DNA of 64,000 bases from Raillietiella orientalis (taxonomy: Eukaryota): assembly GCA_036172245.1 (NCBI GenBank), contig JAYWIR010000007.1:558001-622000 (forward strand), in the 5' to 3' direction. Positions within the stretch are counted from its first letter, which is position 1; each line of letters opens with the position of its first letter. The position numbers and the translations under genes were made by a program. The notes below the pieces were generated by a model. The model did not search any database. It was not told the DNA's origin and was given only the letters and a program-made list of their open reading frames with translations. Shown here one piece after another: positions 36,323 through 48,440 of the stretch.

Positions 36323-37946
36323 CTTTCAACTGATGGTGGTAAAACGCAATTATCGTGCGTGAAGACGGTGGGCAGCGAATCACTGAAATCGGATCGCATT
36401 GGATTGTTTTTGCTTCCCTTCCCTCTCTTCCTCCTCCTCCTCTTTTTTTTTTTTTTTCTTTCCATCGGGGCCACATTTCAAACGAAGTAAAACCAATAAG
36501 ACTTTTTTTGTGTGTGTGTGCGTGTGTGTGTGTGTGTACAGAAAACGATAAGATCAGCGAGGATCCCAAGAAATCATGAAGTCGGAGTCTGCCGATGACT
36601 TTCACACTCATTCATTCCATAACAGTTCGTAAAGCAGGCAAAACTTACGCTACCATCACATCAGAAAGCAGTGCTTTTATCTCGGTACACTTTCATCTAG
36701 TAAGTGTAACTAAAAGAATCCCGGAAATCATAAATCAAAGGCCCCTTTCCCCCCCCCCCCTAAAAAAAAAGAGAACATAAAAAAAAAAAAAAAGAAAAAT
36801 CAAAAGAAAAAAAAAAAAACATCCCTCCTTCTTTCTCAAATAAGAAGGACCTCAGTGCAGAAGCAAAGAGCTAGAAAAGAACTCTGTGGCGCCCTGAAAT
36901 TCATGGAGAGCCATTAACCGTCGGGACGTTGCGTTTCACGGGACTCCACCTTGATTTTCCAATAACGGCATTCGCGTAAAGCAGCTTCGAAAAATTTCCC
37001 AGGGGTTTCCCGGTTACTATCGGACACTCGCTGCCAAGACTACCCGGCGCTCAACACCGGACAGGCAGCACTCGAAAATGCTAATGCCCCGGAAACAGTC
37101 ATCTCCGTCGCTACGATGTTTATTTTTGCATTCGTCACTCACATGGAAAGCAATCGTCAAGCAGAGCACGTCGCGTTGCGCTCGCTCGTAAACGCTGGGC
37201 TGATAAAATTAATCTGAGCCATGGGCTCAGCGCTCAGCGACGATGAGCTCTGCTGCCATCGGCCGCGCGCCGTGCGTGTCATTTTCGGATCAGAATGGCT
37301 TCGACGGTTGCCACGTGGCGCTCGCAGCCTCCCTTTTTTGCTTTTCATTCCTCCTGGCAGACGAGGGTCCGATCTTGACCCCGCCTTCTCCGCGCTCATC
37401 TCAAACGGAACCTCGAGCGAGGGAGGCTCGCCGGTGCGGCTCTTCCTGTTTCCTTTCGGCGCACTCGGAGACGGCGCACCTCTGGAGCTCCACGTTGCTT
37501 TCCCTGGTCCATCGGACTGCCTTCCGATCTGCTGCTGGCGGTCTCGCTCCGTAGTCGAAACGGCGTGGGTCGGCCGGCGGTCAGCAAGCATCTGATCAGC
37601 CCTTAGGGCGCTGCCTTGACTCTTCTTCTGCACAGCCAGACGTGGAGCTCCGGGAAGCCAGTCGCCCCCCCCACCGGTGGCTTCTGGGAAGCTCGTGGTT
37701 GCTTTCCTGTAAAGTGGCTACCGCTGAACCCGCGAGCGAAGGTGATGGGATCTTACGAAACAGGGACAGGGGAACACGAACGACCGGACAGTGTGCTCTC
37801 AGAAAAATTTGCTCCATTCCGCTGGATTCCTTGTAACCATCTTCCTGTTTCCGTCCACTACGGCCAGACAGTGTACTGTCCGGTCTTCCACTTTCCGCGG
37901 ATGGGCTCCGTCGGCGAGGTGTTCTCCGCGCGCCGCTCTTCCTGGA

Positions 37947-38870
37947 TTTTCGCCCGGGTGCTCCGGGGCACGTATTTCATATAAAAACAAACATTTACAA
38001 TTTCTGTGGCTGGACTGCTGGTCCAGTCACTTCCTTTTCAGAACAAACCTGTCGCGTTACCGTTGCGCAGACTGGTGAGTTCCGCTTCGGCAGCAGAGGG
38101 GATGGGGGGCAAGCAAAAACAAACAAAAATAAAAATAAAAAAATAAATTTGGGGTCAAAGGGATCACCGGGGACGGTCCTCTGTAATCTTTGGAGGATGC
38201 CGGCAAGTTCTTGCTACATGTTGTTTTCTAGGTGGGGCCATCTCGTAGCCGTCCCGATGAAACGGGCGGCGGAGTGGACGTGGCACCCCTGTCGCTGCGT
38301 CCTCCTCTTGCTCGGTCCAGGCAGCGGAGAGCTGCTGCTGCAGCCCTCGTTCCCTTACCATTGCCAAAATCCTCATTCTTCATCCTGAGGACATCAAGAA
38401 CTCGAAACAACCCAACAGCCAAAGTACAAGGAGGCTGCTGGCCGAAGGGCGTCGCGTAAGAGTGACAGCGTCTCTCCGGGATTGGCTCCGGGGGTATCTG
38501 GAGCCGCTGGAAAGGGTTCCCAGAGAGGCCGGAGGGCAACACAATTCAAGAGCGCGGGAGGGATTCGCGTTCCCCGCAGCTGGCACAGTTCGGGTCTCCT
38601 CCCCCCTTACGTGTCTAGTGATGCCAGAGGGCGTTGCACGGGAGGCCCCAGTGCAGCAGCAGCAGCAGCGCTGACTCCTGTCACTACAATGGGAGGGTGT
38701 CTCTGTCCAAAAGCTACTCTTCCTGGAGGAACGCAGGAACTTCGATCTGCACATCTCATGCGGCACACCCTTCAAGCACCGGGAACGCATAGGAGGGTTT
38801 GGATGAAGTGGGCATGTTCCCTCTTTCGCTTCCACCCCTTCCGGCGTGCGCAAGGGCCCGTCGGCCCGCC
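37947..38870 (-). mobile_element. Decayed L1/Tx1-like LINE 3' fragment (zinc-finger region + 3' UTR)
   Basis: Minus-strand LLLLHWGLPCNALW...NCASCGERESLP with stops and frameshifts. The 3' UTR is homologous to the copies at 40.4 and 43.6 kb (shared plus-strand blocks cttcggcagc, gggatca, aggatg.cggcaagtt). The 5' boundary is approximate. Confidence 0.75.
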
Positions 38871-40418
38871 GTCTTCCTGATGGACACTGACCGATAGACG
38901 GCCTGCGCGAGGGGAAGATGACACCGCATCATGGCGACTGCCAGTTTGGCGGAGAGCTCTCCAGGAATTCTCACCGGCAGAGCTCCCACACATCACAACC
39001 GGGAGGAACGGCGGCACGTTTGGCCGCCGGAGGTTCGCTGAACTACAGAGGAGACTGCCTTTCCGGGATCCTCTTGGTGCTGTTCGAATGCGCGATGGTC
39101 CCAAGGAAGACGAAAGGGCGAGCACGGGCATTCCTCTCTTCATCTGCGCCGCTCGAAGGCTCCTCCGCGGTCCTCCACTTCCTCCTGCAGCGCCCACGAG
39201 TCTTCCCGATTCTACGCTCTTTCGTTTCGCACAGCTTTCGAGGATCCCAGGTGGCAGAACTCAAAGACCAGCGTAGTTTCTCGTCTTCCAGAAAGGAGCT
39301 TCTTACTGAGGTGGACTTGTGGCGCCTGATGACGACGACGACGATGAAGCGAGGGGGCCGCAGGTGGCGAAGAATCCTGTCTTCGTGGAGGCAGCAGCGT
39401 ATCTCTTGGGTGACGCCGGTGGCGTCGATGGGGCTTCGATAAGGGTTCAGGCATTTCTCCGCGAGGGTGGAATAGTGGATCCTATGGCGATGCAGCAGTC
39501 CGTGCTCGTGGAACAAGTTGCGCGCGCAGCATCGGCAGTATGCGCCCTCCAGCGACATGGTACAAAGTGAAAGCACGGAAGTTCCAGTCTGCGATCCGCT
39601 TCCGCATCAGCTGACGCGGCGCGTGCAAGGCGCCGCGCCCGGCAGCGACTGCGTCAAGACGCTGCTTCCACCGTCGCCGCAGAATGAGGAAGCGACCCAC
39701 GGGGTCGTTCCTGCGGTCAGTAGTCAGCCGGATCAGCATCTGCTTTGAAGGACGCACTTATGTTGCCCAGAATTGACTTGCTGCCAAGATCATAGCAGCT
39801 CACCGGGGGCGGCGGCGACTGGACCGTTTCTCGGCGGAGGAAGCGCCCCCTTACCCTCCAGGTGCAGTTCCTGCTCTCCCCTCTTTCCGAGGCAGGAAGC
39901 GCTGCTGAGGAAGCTCCAGTTCCTGCCGTAGCTCCTGTCACCTTGGGAATGCGCAGCATCGTGCGGAGGCAGTGGCGGGGTCTAGGAGAGGGGCGTGTCG
40001 ATCCATGTCTCCTCCTTTCCACAGCTTCCCCGACGGATCCCACGGGGCGTCTTTCACAAGTGAAATTCACGGTGAAAGAACGTCGCTCGGAGAGAAAGAG
40101 AAGGGGGGAGGGAGAGCATGCGTTGGAGCGCTCGCTGGAGACTCGGCTGCAAAGTGGCTGTCTTCGGGGCCGCTCCGCTCCACTTCCAGGAGGAACAAAG
40201 GAAGGGAATGGGGAATTCTCGATCTCCAGGCAAATCTTTCCTGGGAAAGGGGTGGAGAGCGGGGCGTTTCTAGGCAGCACCATGGAGCCACATGAAACTG
40301 AGGGGCAGTTGGACGCCGGTGACGCATACCGCCGGACGCCCTCTGGGTCCGGAAGCTCACTTCTGCTTAGTACCGCAGCACCAATCCGCCCTTCGACCTC
40401 CGAGCCTCCTTACGGGGC

Positions 40419-43400
40419 TTTTCGCCTGGTTTCGCCCGGGGGCATTTATTATAAAAGTGATAATAAAAAAAATATATATTTGTGTGGCGGAACACGTGGT
40501 CTTGCCATGTATTTCAAAAGACACATTCAACCTTCCAAATACCAGCACGCAGACCACCGAGGTCGGTCCACTTCGGCAGCAAAGGGGAAGGGGGGAGTAA
40601 AAACGAAAATCAACAGACGAAATAAAAAAGGGCAAGAAAGTTTTTCTCGGACAGATGGAGTAGGGGAAGGGGAGGAGGAAGAGGAAGGGATCAGTTCTCT
40701 GCGAGGCCTCCTCTGCATCCTGTGCAGGATGCTGGCAAGTTTGTTCTGGATGCCGCCCAGGGGAGAGGGGGAGGGGCATCTTGTGGCGGTCCTCAAGAAG
40801 ATTTTCGCCCGGTGGATGGCGTCCCTTCCATCCTGGACTCTTCTTACTGAGTTCCAGGCCGCCACGACCCCGCTATGACGGCAGAGAACTACGAGGGACA
40901 CGTCTGGTGGCAGTGCGGCGCGCACGAGCAGGCGTCGAAAAATGTCCGTGAGGCCGCCCGCCGGGATTCCGAGGTTCGTCTCTACGTAATCCCAAAGGGG
41001 CTGGAGAACAGCACAGTCTAGCAGCAGTCTCGGACTTTCACCTCGCCGCCACAGCTTACGTCCATTCTCCCCCGTGTCCAGCGGTGAATGCGCGGTTTGC
41101 ATGGGATTCCCCGATTCAAGACCAGCAATGCTGACTCCTGCCACTCGAGGGGGAAGGAGCCCCTGTTCCAGCACTCTGGGGGCCACTTCTCATCCTCCGC
41201 AGGGATGTGGAGCAGCTCTCCTTAGCGTACAAGTTCGTGGGGTGAGACACTCGGGGTCGCAGCGTCCGTGATTTCCCAAGTTATATGCGCGCCTGAAAGT
41301 TTCTCTCTTGCTGCAATGCAGCAGGACGCCTCCCACTTCCTGGAATGTCGATGTCCCTTGCTTTTCTTAGGGAAGGTAGCACTGGGGCAACAAGGGGGTG
41401 GGGGTAAACGAAACCCACAGCATCTCGCGTGGGTTGCTCACCATCTACAGTGGCCACTGACAAGCATATCTGCCTTTTCGCAGACAGACGACCTCGCTCG
41501 CGCCACGGATTTTCCCCCAGGCGAAGATCCACTCCTGGAGCCAGGCAGTGCGGTTCAAGGGAAGGCAGGAGACCCGGGTGTTTTCCACCACCAAGGTAAC
41601 CATTGGAAGTTGATGGCCACAACGCCTCAGGAGTCTCTCGCGAGCGACAAGGAGAACGTAGCCGGTTGCTCTCTTGGCCAGGAGGTCTGCTGGTCAAGCA
41701 CCAGAGCGTGGTCCATGATCTCGCCGCGAGGGTGAGTTTTCTGAGTTGGAGTGGACTCTCTATCCACTCCAACGTAAAAAGTCCACCATCCCTCCGCGAA
41801 ATGGCTCCATCCATCTCTGGACCTCCCTGTTCCCCACAGGGATTTCCTCAGAGGGTTCTCGGTCTGTCTTTTGATGGCAAAGAGGGCAAGCAAAATAAAG
41901 AAGGGGGAGGAGGAAAGGAGCAGCAAACGCGTTCCACACTGCGACCCGTTCTGGCAAGTGAAACCTGCGGTTCTGGAACGGGTCGAGCATCATCTCTACC
42001 TTTTGGAGGATGCCGAACCAGGGTACTTCTGCATCTCAGAGGTGTCCCAACAGAACGCCGAGGTATTTCATGTGCCTGCCCGTGGGGGTCCCCAAGCGGA
42101 CCCGGTCCGATCGTCCGGCCCACGCCGCACCGACCGGCACCAAGGACGACTTGGCTCTGTTCGCCTCCAGGCTCGGGCCCCGACTTGACAGCCCGAAGAA
42201 ACCCTCGAGTGCAGATGCCGGGGTGGATGTGAGGAGTGCAGTCTGACGGAGTCAGGCAAGCGGTGATTTGAAGAGCTAGGAGACAGCTTGGCAGTATTTT
42301 CAGCGAGGTCAGCGGCTCCTCCTAGTAACAGCCCCGAAAAGGGGACACCTTGCACCCTAGGAACGTGAGACCCTTTTGTGGGCTTTCCTGACGAAGAGCA
42401 TGGCGGTACTTGATGTTTGCCAAAGCCGTGGATGATCGGGCGACGCCGACAGTGACTCAGGTTGTCGTTGGTGGACATCGGGTGAAAAAACTAAGTCTGT
42501 GCAGAGTCGGTGATGGTGAAGATAGCAGGCGTTCTCTTCAGCAAGGAGGAATCTGCCAACGGTGGCGAAACTCTAGCCCGAAGCTGTCAGGAATATGACA
42601 GACGACAAACGGTCTGGCCACTTGCGGCAGTGGAGTCCTTTGAAGCCGCTCAGCCTTTAGCCCTTCTGCTCAGCTCAGTCCTTTGAAGCCGTAGAAGATC
42701 ACTGGAGGAGAAGGTGCAATGTATCCTTAGGAGCCGTTCCACTCCGGAGAAAGGGCGATGGCCTCACTAGAGGGTTTAGAGTCGCAGAGGACTGTCCCTC
42801 TTAAGCAGGATGAAGGAAAAGGGACCGTAAGTCGGGGCAAACGGCGGGAGGACACAGAGTTTTCATGCCGGCGGCACGGACGTTCAAGGAACGCGTTCCC
42901 GCTCTCCATGGGGAAAGGCTGCGGTCCATTCTGATGCAAGAATTGGTTCCAAGGCACTTTTTGCTCCAACCACCATCGCTGCCCTCAAGGCAGCAGCTAT
43001 GGAGGCAGAACCGGAAAGCCGCATGCGTTTCCGGGCGCGCTTTTCCAGGACCTGGGCCGATACTCCAGGAAGCCATGTTGAGATGCTGGACTTCTCGAGA
43101 AATGAAACGCATAGCGAAGACCGCTGCGGAACTGATGTGCGCAGTTTTTTCTGCCGGACGAGCTCCTATTAGGTCTACGTTCTCCCAGCGTGGCTTCTCT
43201 TTGTTTGCTGCCTCCATTAACTCTTTGGCTTTCTCCGCTATCCTGATGTCCAGAGGCATTTTCAGGGAAATACGCATCGCTTTGAACATACCCATTTCGG
43301 TCTTTTTAGCCCTGGGAGATCGTATCGACTCAACTCGCGGTATTCCTGAGGCGACGACTTCTCGTCCCTCGCGTCTGCCGTGGAACTCGAAATTTCCGTG
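40419..43400 (-). mobile_element. Decayed L1/Tx1-like LINE (RT remnants, C-terminal region, zinc-finger region, 3' UTR)
   Basis: Minus-strand remnants: WENVDLIG...PGK (RT N-terminal part, ~43190-43040), ANRAKSSLVPVG and KYLGVLLG (~42165-42045), PFQNRRFHLPERVAVWNAF, LLLDCAVLQPLW (~41035-40990). Sense AATAAA at 40445-40450 followed by the terminal hairpin. Confidence 0.78.
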
Positions 43401-43640
43401 TCTGTCCTTCTAAGAGAAGTCGACACGTTGCTCCCTTCAGGTTTCTCTTCCAAAAGGTGAGAAGTTTCCGTGCCACTATTTGCCGCGGAAGCACCAGCTT
43501 CAGGACGCCCTTTTGTGGAGCGCACCGCATTTCCCTCTTGTCTTTCGCTTCCCCGTTTCTCTGTGGGTGCTCCCAACCGCCTCCTCTACTGCGTTCGCAG
43601 TCGGAAGCAAAGCAAAGCTGAGGTGAACGCAGGATTAAGT

Positions 43641-45400
43641 TTAACACCCGGTAACGCCGGGGCGTTTATTATAAAAATAATAAACATACATGTGTGGGGC
43701 CAACGGTCCAACATCGTCGAAAATGTTAGGAACCTGCCGAGTAACCGGCACGCAGGCCGGGGAGGTTCGCCTCGGCAGCGGAGGGCAAAGGGGCAAACAA
43801 AATTAAAAACAAAAACAAAAACACTATCTACAAAAGATGGGAGGGTTAGGAAAGGGATCACCGGGACTTCGAAGGAGTTCTCTGCATCCTTTCCAGGATG
43901 TCGGCAAGTTCCATCCGAGTATGACCCGAGCAGGGTCATCTTGCTGCCATCCTCAGGAATCGCAGGGAAAAGCAGGTGGCGTCTCTGTCGTGCTGTCCTC
44001 CCCTCGTGTAGCTCCAGGCCCCCACAATCCCTCGTAGGTAGCACCAGAGAGCTTCTGGGGATGCAGCAGACGAAAGGGCATCGTGCACGAAGAGGCGCTC
44101 CATCACGTTCCTGGGATTGTCCATCGATGCGCCAAGGACCGTCGCGTAACGCACCCACAGGGGCCGGAGGGCAACATATTCTACGAGCAGGTGCGGGAAG
44201 GATTCCCGTTCCTCGCACCTGCAACAGTTGAAGTCCACAGCCTTCCGGGCCCAGTGAGAGTGGAGAGCGTTGCACGGGATACCCCAGTGCAACAACAGAA
44301 GTGCCGACTCCTGCCATTTCAGAGGAAGGGCCCGGTTGTTCTTCAGCGCTAGGGTCCACTCGAGGTCTTCCTGTAGGATTCCCAACAGCTCATCCCACAG
44401 CAATAGTCCTTTCGTTCTGGCACTTGGGGTCACAGCGTCCGTGATCTGGCCCATGATCCAACCACCTAATTCCTTCGCTCTTCCTCCGATCTCACATCAG
44501 AGCTTCCATTTGGCTGGCTGGTTACTGCCCAAATGCCCCTGAGGGAGGAAAGTGCCACGGCTAGGAAGGTTCTATGGGCCCACTCACACGTGGTGGGCTG
44601 CATGATGACGTCCTGCAGCGAGCGGTTGTTGTAGGAGTGCCGCAGTCGCTGCCGCATCTCCATGCTCGCTTCTTTGTTCTTGACTCATGTGCGAGTGGTT
44701 TCCTGCAACCAGGCACTACCGTTCGCGGATCGACGGAAGATCCAGTTGTTTGTCCTGGTCAGCTAAACCACCCTCCGGAGCTCTAGCCTGCAGCTGGACA
44801 CGTTGCATCGGCTCCACGCCAGGAACGAAGACAGTCCCGCGTAGCCGGTGGCTCTCTTGACCAAGTAACGTGAGGCTCACACCAGTCCGTACTCCAAAGC
44901 TTTGCCACTAGGGCAATTGTCCTCCACTGAAGCTGCTGCTCCAGGCGCTCCAGCGTCAGGATACCGAGACCTCCGTCGCCATGAGGAGAGCACAATCCTT
45001 CAGGAGGACTCGGGACCTGCTTGTGTCCCACAGGGCGATTCTCTGGAAGTCTTCCGTTCGCCTCTTTATACTACTCGATGGAGGCAAACAAAAAGCAGGA
45101 GGCGGAAGGGGGGGGTCATGAACGTGTTCCACACTGCGGCCCATTCCGGCAAGAGAAACTTGCCATCCTGGAACGGGACGATCGCCGACTCGGCCTTCTG
45201 GAGGCAGCTGGACCACTTCCGCCGGGGAATAGTCCCCCAACGGTACACCGAGGTACTTAAGGTACCGAACCGTGGGGATCCTCAAGCGGCCTGCCCCCGC
45301 TGATCCAACTGCTACCACGGACGATTTCTCCCTGTTCACCTCCAGTCCTGTTCCACAGCTTAGCAGCTCGAGGCAGATTGGGGGTACACTTGCTGGGAAC
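43641..45400 (-). mobile_element. Decayed L1/Tx1-like LINE (RT C-terminal half to 3' UTR)
   Basis: GTGLEVNREKSSVV, YLKYLGVPLG, LCSPHGDGGLGI and LLLLHWGIPCNAL...NCCRCEERESFPHLLVE..LRPLW. Sense AATAAA at 43665-43670 and the CCCGG-N5-CCGGG hairpin at 43647-43661. Confidence 0.85.
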
Positions 45401-45784
45401 GGTGAAGCAGGGTTCCTAGAGGATTCGGGAGCGCCCCAAGAGAAACACTGATCTGTGCCCTGAGGTCAAAAGTCTCCCTGTCCTACCTCCTGTTGTTTCC
45501 GACAGAAGTGCTTGGATTCTCCTCAGAAGCTCGCCACCAATGGCGTCAGCGGGTGCGGCGCTGCTCGGTTATTGATAGCCTCCTCAGGATTTGTGAGCCG
45601 TTTCTAGGAGCCCAGAGGAATCGCACTCCCCGAACCTTCTCAGGGAAAAGACACGGAAAACCGGATCCTGCCGGTGCATCCTTCGGAGGAGATGCGAAAC
45701 TGGAAGTAGGCGGATCGTGCTTTGCACTCGCCGTGCACTTTGCCCTTGCGAACGACGGACGTGTCGTCTTGGCAAAAGCCACCT

Positions 45785-45890
45785 TGGGTCATTGCTGGAG
45801 GGCGCTTAGAAACGGCTCGCCCTCATCAAGCTATTAATAATCCAACAGTGTCCTAAGGCCAGACAGCCATCGTTGGCGAGTGCCTAGCAA
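45785..45890 (-). repeat. Second locus of the same repeat family, inverted relative to 58.9 kb
   Basis: The minus strand reads CTAGGCACTCGCCAACGATGG...TTATTAATAG...AGCGCCCTCCAGCAATGACC. The first block matches 59067-59087 at 20 of 21 nt. Confidence 0.55.
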
Positions 45891-45949
45891 TAGTCCGCGT
45901 ACTCCACTCGATGGCATGGGATCATTTCCAGCCTCGTTTCCTATGTTTC

Positions 45950-46380
45950 CTCTGCGACAGCGCACCCTGGGAGGCACGGAATGAGGCTCCAATAGATTTT
46001 CCGATCTTAAAATTCAAACTGTGGTCCCATGGACTGGGCACGCAGGCATTCTGAAGCTGCATCCTCAGCACCGAAGTTCATCTGCAGTCGACGAAAGGCG
46101 AACTGCCCCTCGTTTCAGGGAGGAAGATTTTTCCCCTCCTCAGCAGTTTCAAGAACAGCACGTCTGCAACTCCTGGAGATGATGATACGTCCTTGTTTGC
46201 GGGAGCGTGAGTTGCAGCTTCTGATGCCTGTAGCATGGAACACGTCTCTCTCATGGAGGCGGCTTCTCCGAGGCGCGCTAGCTCGGAGGAAACGTGACGT
46301 CACGCTTGGCTGGAGGTCGGCGCGAGGACGGACGGGTCCCTTCCCCTTTGTTGAGGTCTTCATCGGGGACCTCCGGTTTT
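45950..46380 (-). mobile_element. Degenerate non-LTR RT fragment
   Basis: NLPP*NEGQFAFRR (cf. Q.GFR) followed by FEF*DRKIYWSLI (cf. AFD.V.W..L); heavily decayed. Confidence 0.35.
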
Positions 46381-48329
46381 AACCGCTACCGGTGCCACGG
46401 CCGAATGTTTCGGCCAACCAGCGCCATTGCAGGAGAAACTCGGAATCCAACGACGCGGTGGCGTCAGTTTCTGCCGGAGTATTCCATCCCGCGACGCATG
46501 GTGCCACGCGCGGAAGCCTTAACCACAAAGCCTCCGACGCAGCCCCTTCCCCTGTGCATGTGCGCCGCCAGGGAGAGAGCGGATGGCGGCAGGTCTTCTG
46601 TGGGCTCCGGACAGCAAGTGTTGGGGAGAAGACAGACCCGAATCGGTGTTTCCCGGAGGCTGAGGGTAGGCTTGCGCGCGTTCTACTGGACGTGGAAGCT
46701 CCGGACTACTCCCGGCTGACTCTCGGGGTGCACAGGAAAGGAGACTCTGTTCCCTCTGAGGGCCCAAAAAGCGGAGGAGGGTTCTTGCTCTGGGGAGGCC
46801 GTCGAAAGGTAGAGACATGATGATCTCAGTGGTGCTTCCCTGCAAGGCACCGAAGGGAGGGAATGAGGAGGAAGTGGTCTCCGGGGATCGGATTCTGCGA
46901 AGGGATGCTGCATCTCCTCTTAGCCAGAGGAACAGGGAGCACGCGCATGACAACACGCCAGCGTTCGTGACTCATCTCGCAGCTTCCGACAGCGGGTGGG
47001 AGAACGGCCAGGAGCTAATCTGGGAAGCATGCTGGAGACCTGGGAGATGGTAGGTCCAGGGACGGAGGAAGTCGATCGCCTTCTTCTCCGAGGGAGCTCT
47101 CAACAGCGCGGCGTGCTCACTCCCTAGGAGAGACGGCGAGGTTCCTCGCGATCTCGGAACTCCACGTGGACGGGCAAGCCGAGCCGAGGTCGAGGAGGAG
47201 CTGGCGAGACCCTCCAAACTCTCTGCTCCCGAGGACATGAGTCCCAGGGGCTCGCCAAGCCCCGAGCTCGGGAAAAAACGACTCGCCGCGAGAGACGGCA
47301 GTGGAAGGGGCGGAGAAGAGGAGCCCGCCGCTCGCATCGATTGCCTCAGTTCCTCTTTGGCAGTGGAGGGCCGGGTCGGACCCCCTTTGTCCCCAGTCTC
47401 CGGGACTCTCCTTGGAGAGGCGCCTCTCCAGAAAGCGCTACTCCCCAGAAGTGGGTAGCACAAACTCTTCGGGCCCTCTGTGTTCACGTGGTCACCGGAA
47501 GCCCTCGGGTCTACCGCTAACCGGCCCGCATCCGATGGAAAACAGAAGCAAAAAAAAAAACAAGAAAACTTTGAATCCAACGAAAGGAAAAAAAAAAAGA
47601 AAAAAAAATAACCGCTTCTGGAAGAACAGGGGGAAAAAGGCGAGGAAAGGCAAGAAAGAAAGGAGGGAAAAATCACCATCTGTAACTGTTTGGTTGCTAA
47701 TGGCGATCTGACTACTAGCAGGATGCATGCAAGGAGATGGGTGATGGCGCAATAAATCAACGGGGCTGGGCCAAGCAACGGCTTGATTCCCGAGCGCATT
47801 TCCTGGAAACGCGGAACCCGACCGACCTCAGAGAGACGAGGGGGAACGCTTCGGCCGACTGCTTCCGAGGGGGATAGGAAGGGGAAGAGGCGGTTAGGAA
47901 TCGCCTCGCTGCCCCGCCTTCGCACGGATGCGCCTCGGGGACTGTCCGGAGAGCTCAAAACTCTTCGCTCCGCAGAGTGTCCATGGGGTGGTCTCCTGCC
48001 TGTAGCAGAGGGCAAGGCTCCCCCTTCCCTCTGGGGGTATCCAGTGGGACGGCAGTCGCACGGGTCTGATCCTCGAAGAGTTCCCCTTTCGTGTGCAGCC
48101 CCGAACGCTGGGGATTGTGGGAGGTCGCGCTCGGGCAACCAGGACGTGAAAAGGCATCGACTCTCTGGGGCTCAGGACGTCCTCCCTTCCCTCCCTTCGA
48201 GAAGGAAGTAAGGATGACGCAGGTTCCATCTGTTCTCTCCTTGCCAGCATGTCGTTCACTGTGCCCTCTCTCTTATCCTTTTGTTTCTCCGCCACTTTTT
48301 TCAGCCTTCCGGAGTGGGGGAGAAGCCAT

Positions 48330-48440
48330 CCCCCCTTCCCTTCCTCTTTACTTTCTCCTCCTCCTCATCTTACCTTCCTCACCCTCCTCCTCCTCTTTTT
48401 CCCTTCTTCCTTCTCCTCTTCCCTTCCTCTTCCTCCCCCC
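48330..48440. repeat. CT-rich low-complexity tract (CCT/CTT)
   Basis: Almost purely pyrimidine on the plus strand. Confidence 0.7.

Noticed and set aside
37931..45414. Degenerate TSD candidates: CGCCGCTCTTCCTGGA (37931) vs CGCCGTCTTCCTGA (38867), and GGTGAACGCAGGATT (43622) vs GGTGAAGCAGGGTT (45401)
   Set aside because: Each needs indels or mismatches and could arise by chance. They were used only as a rough guide to element boundaries.
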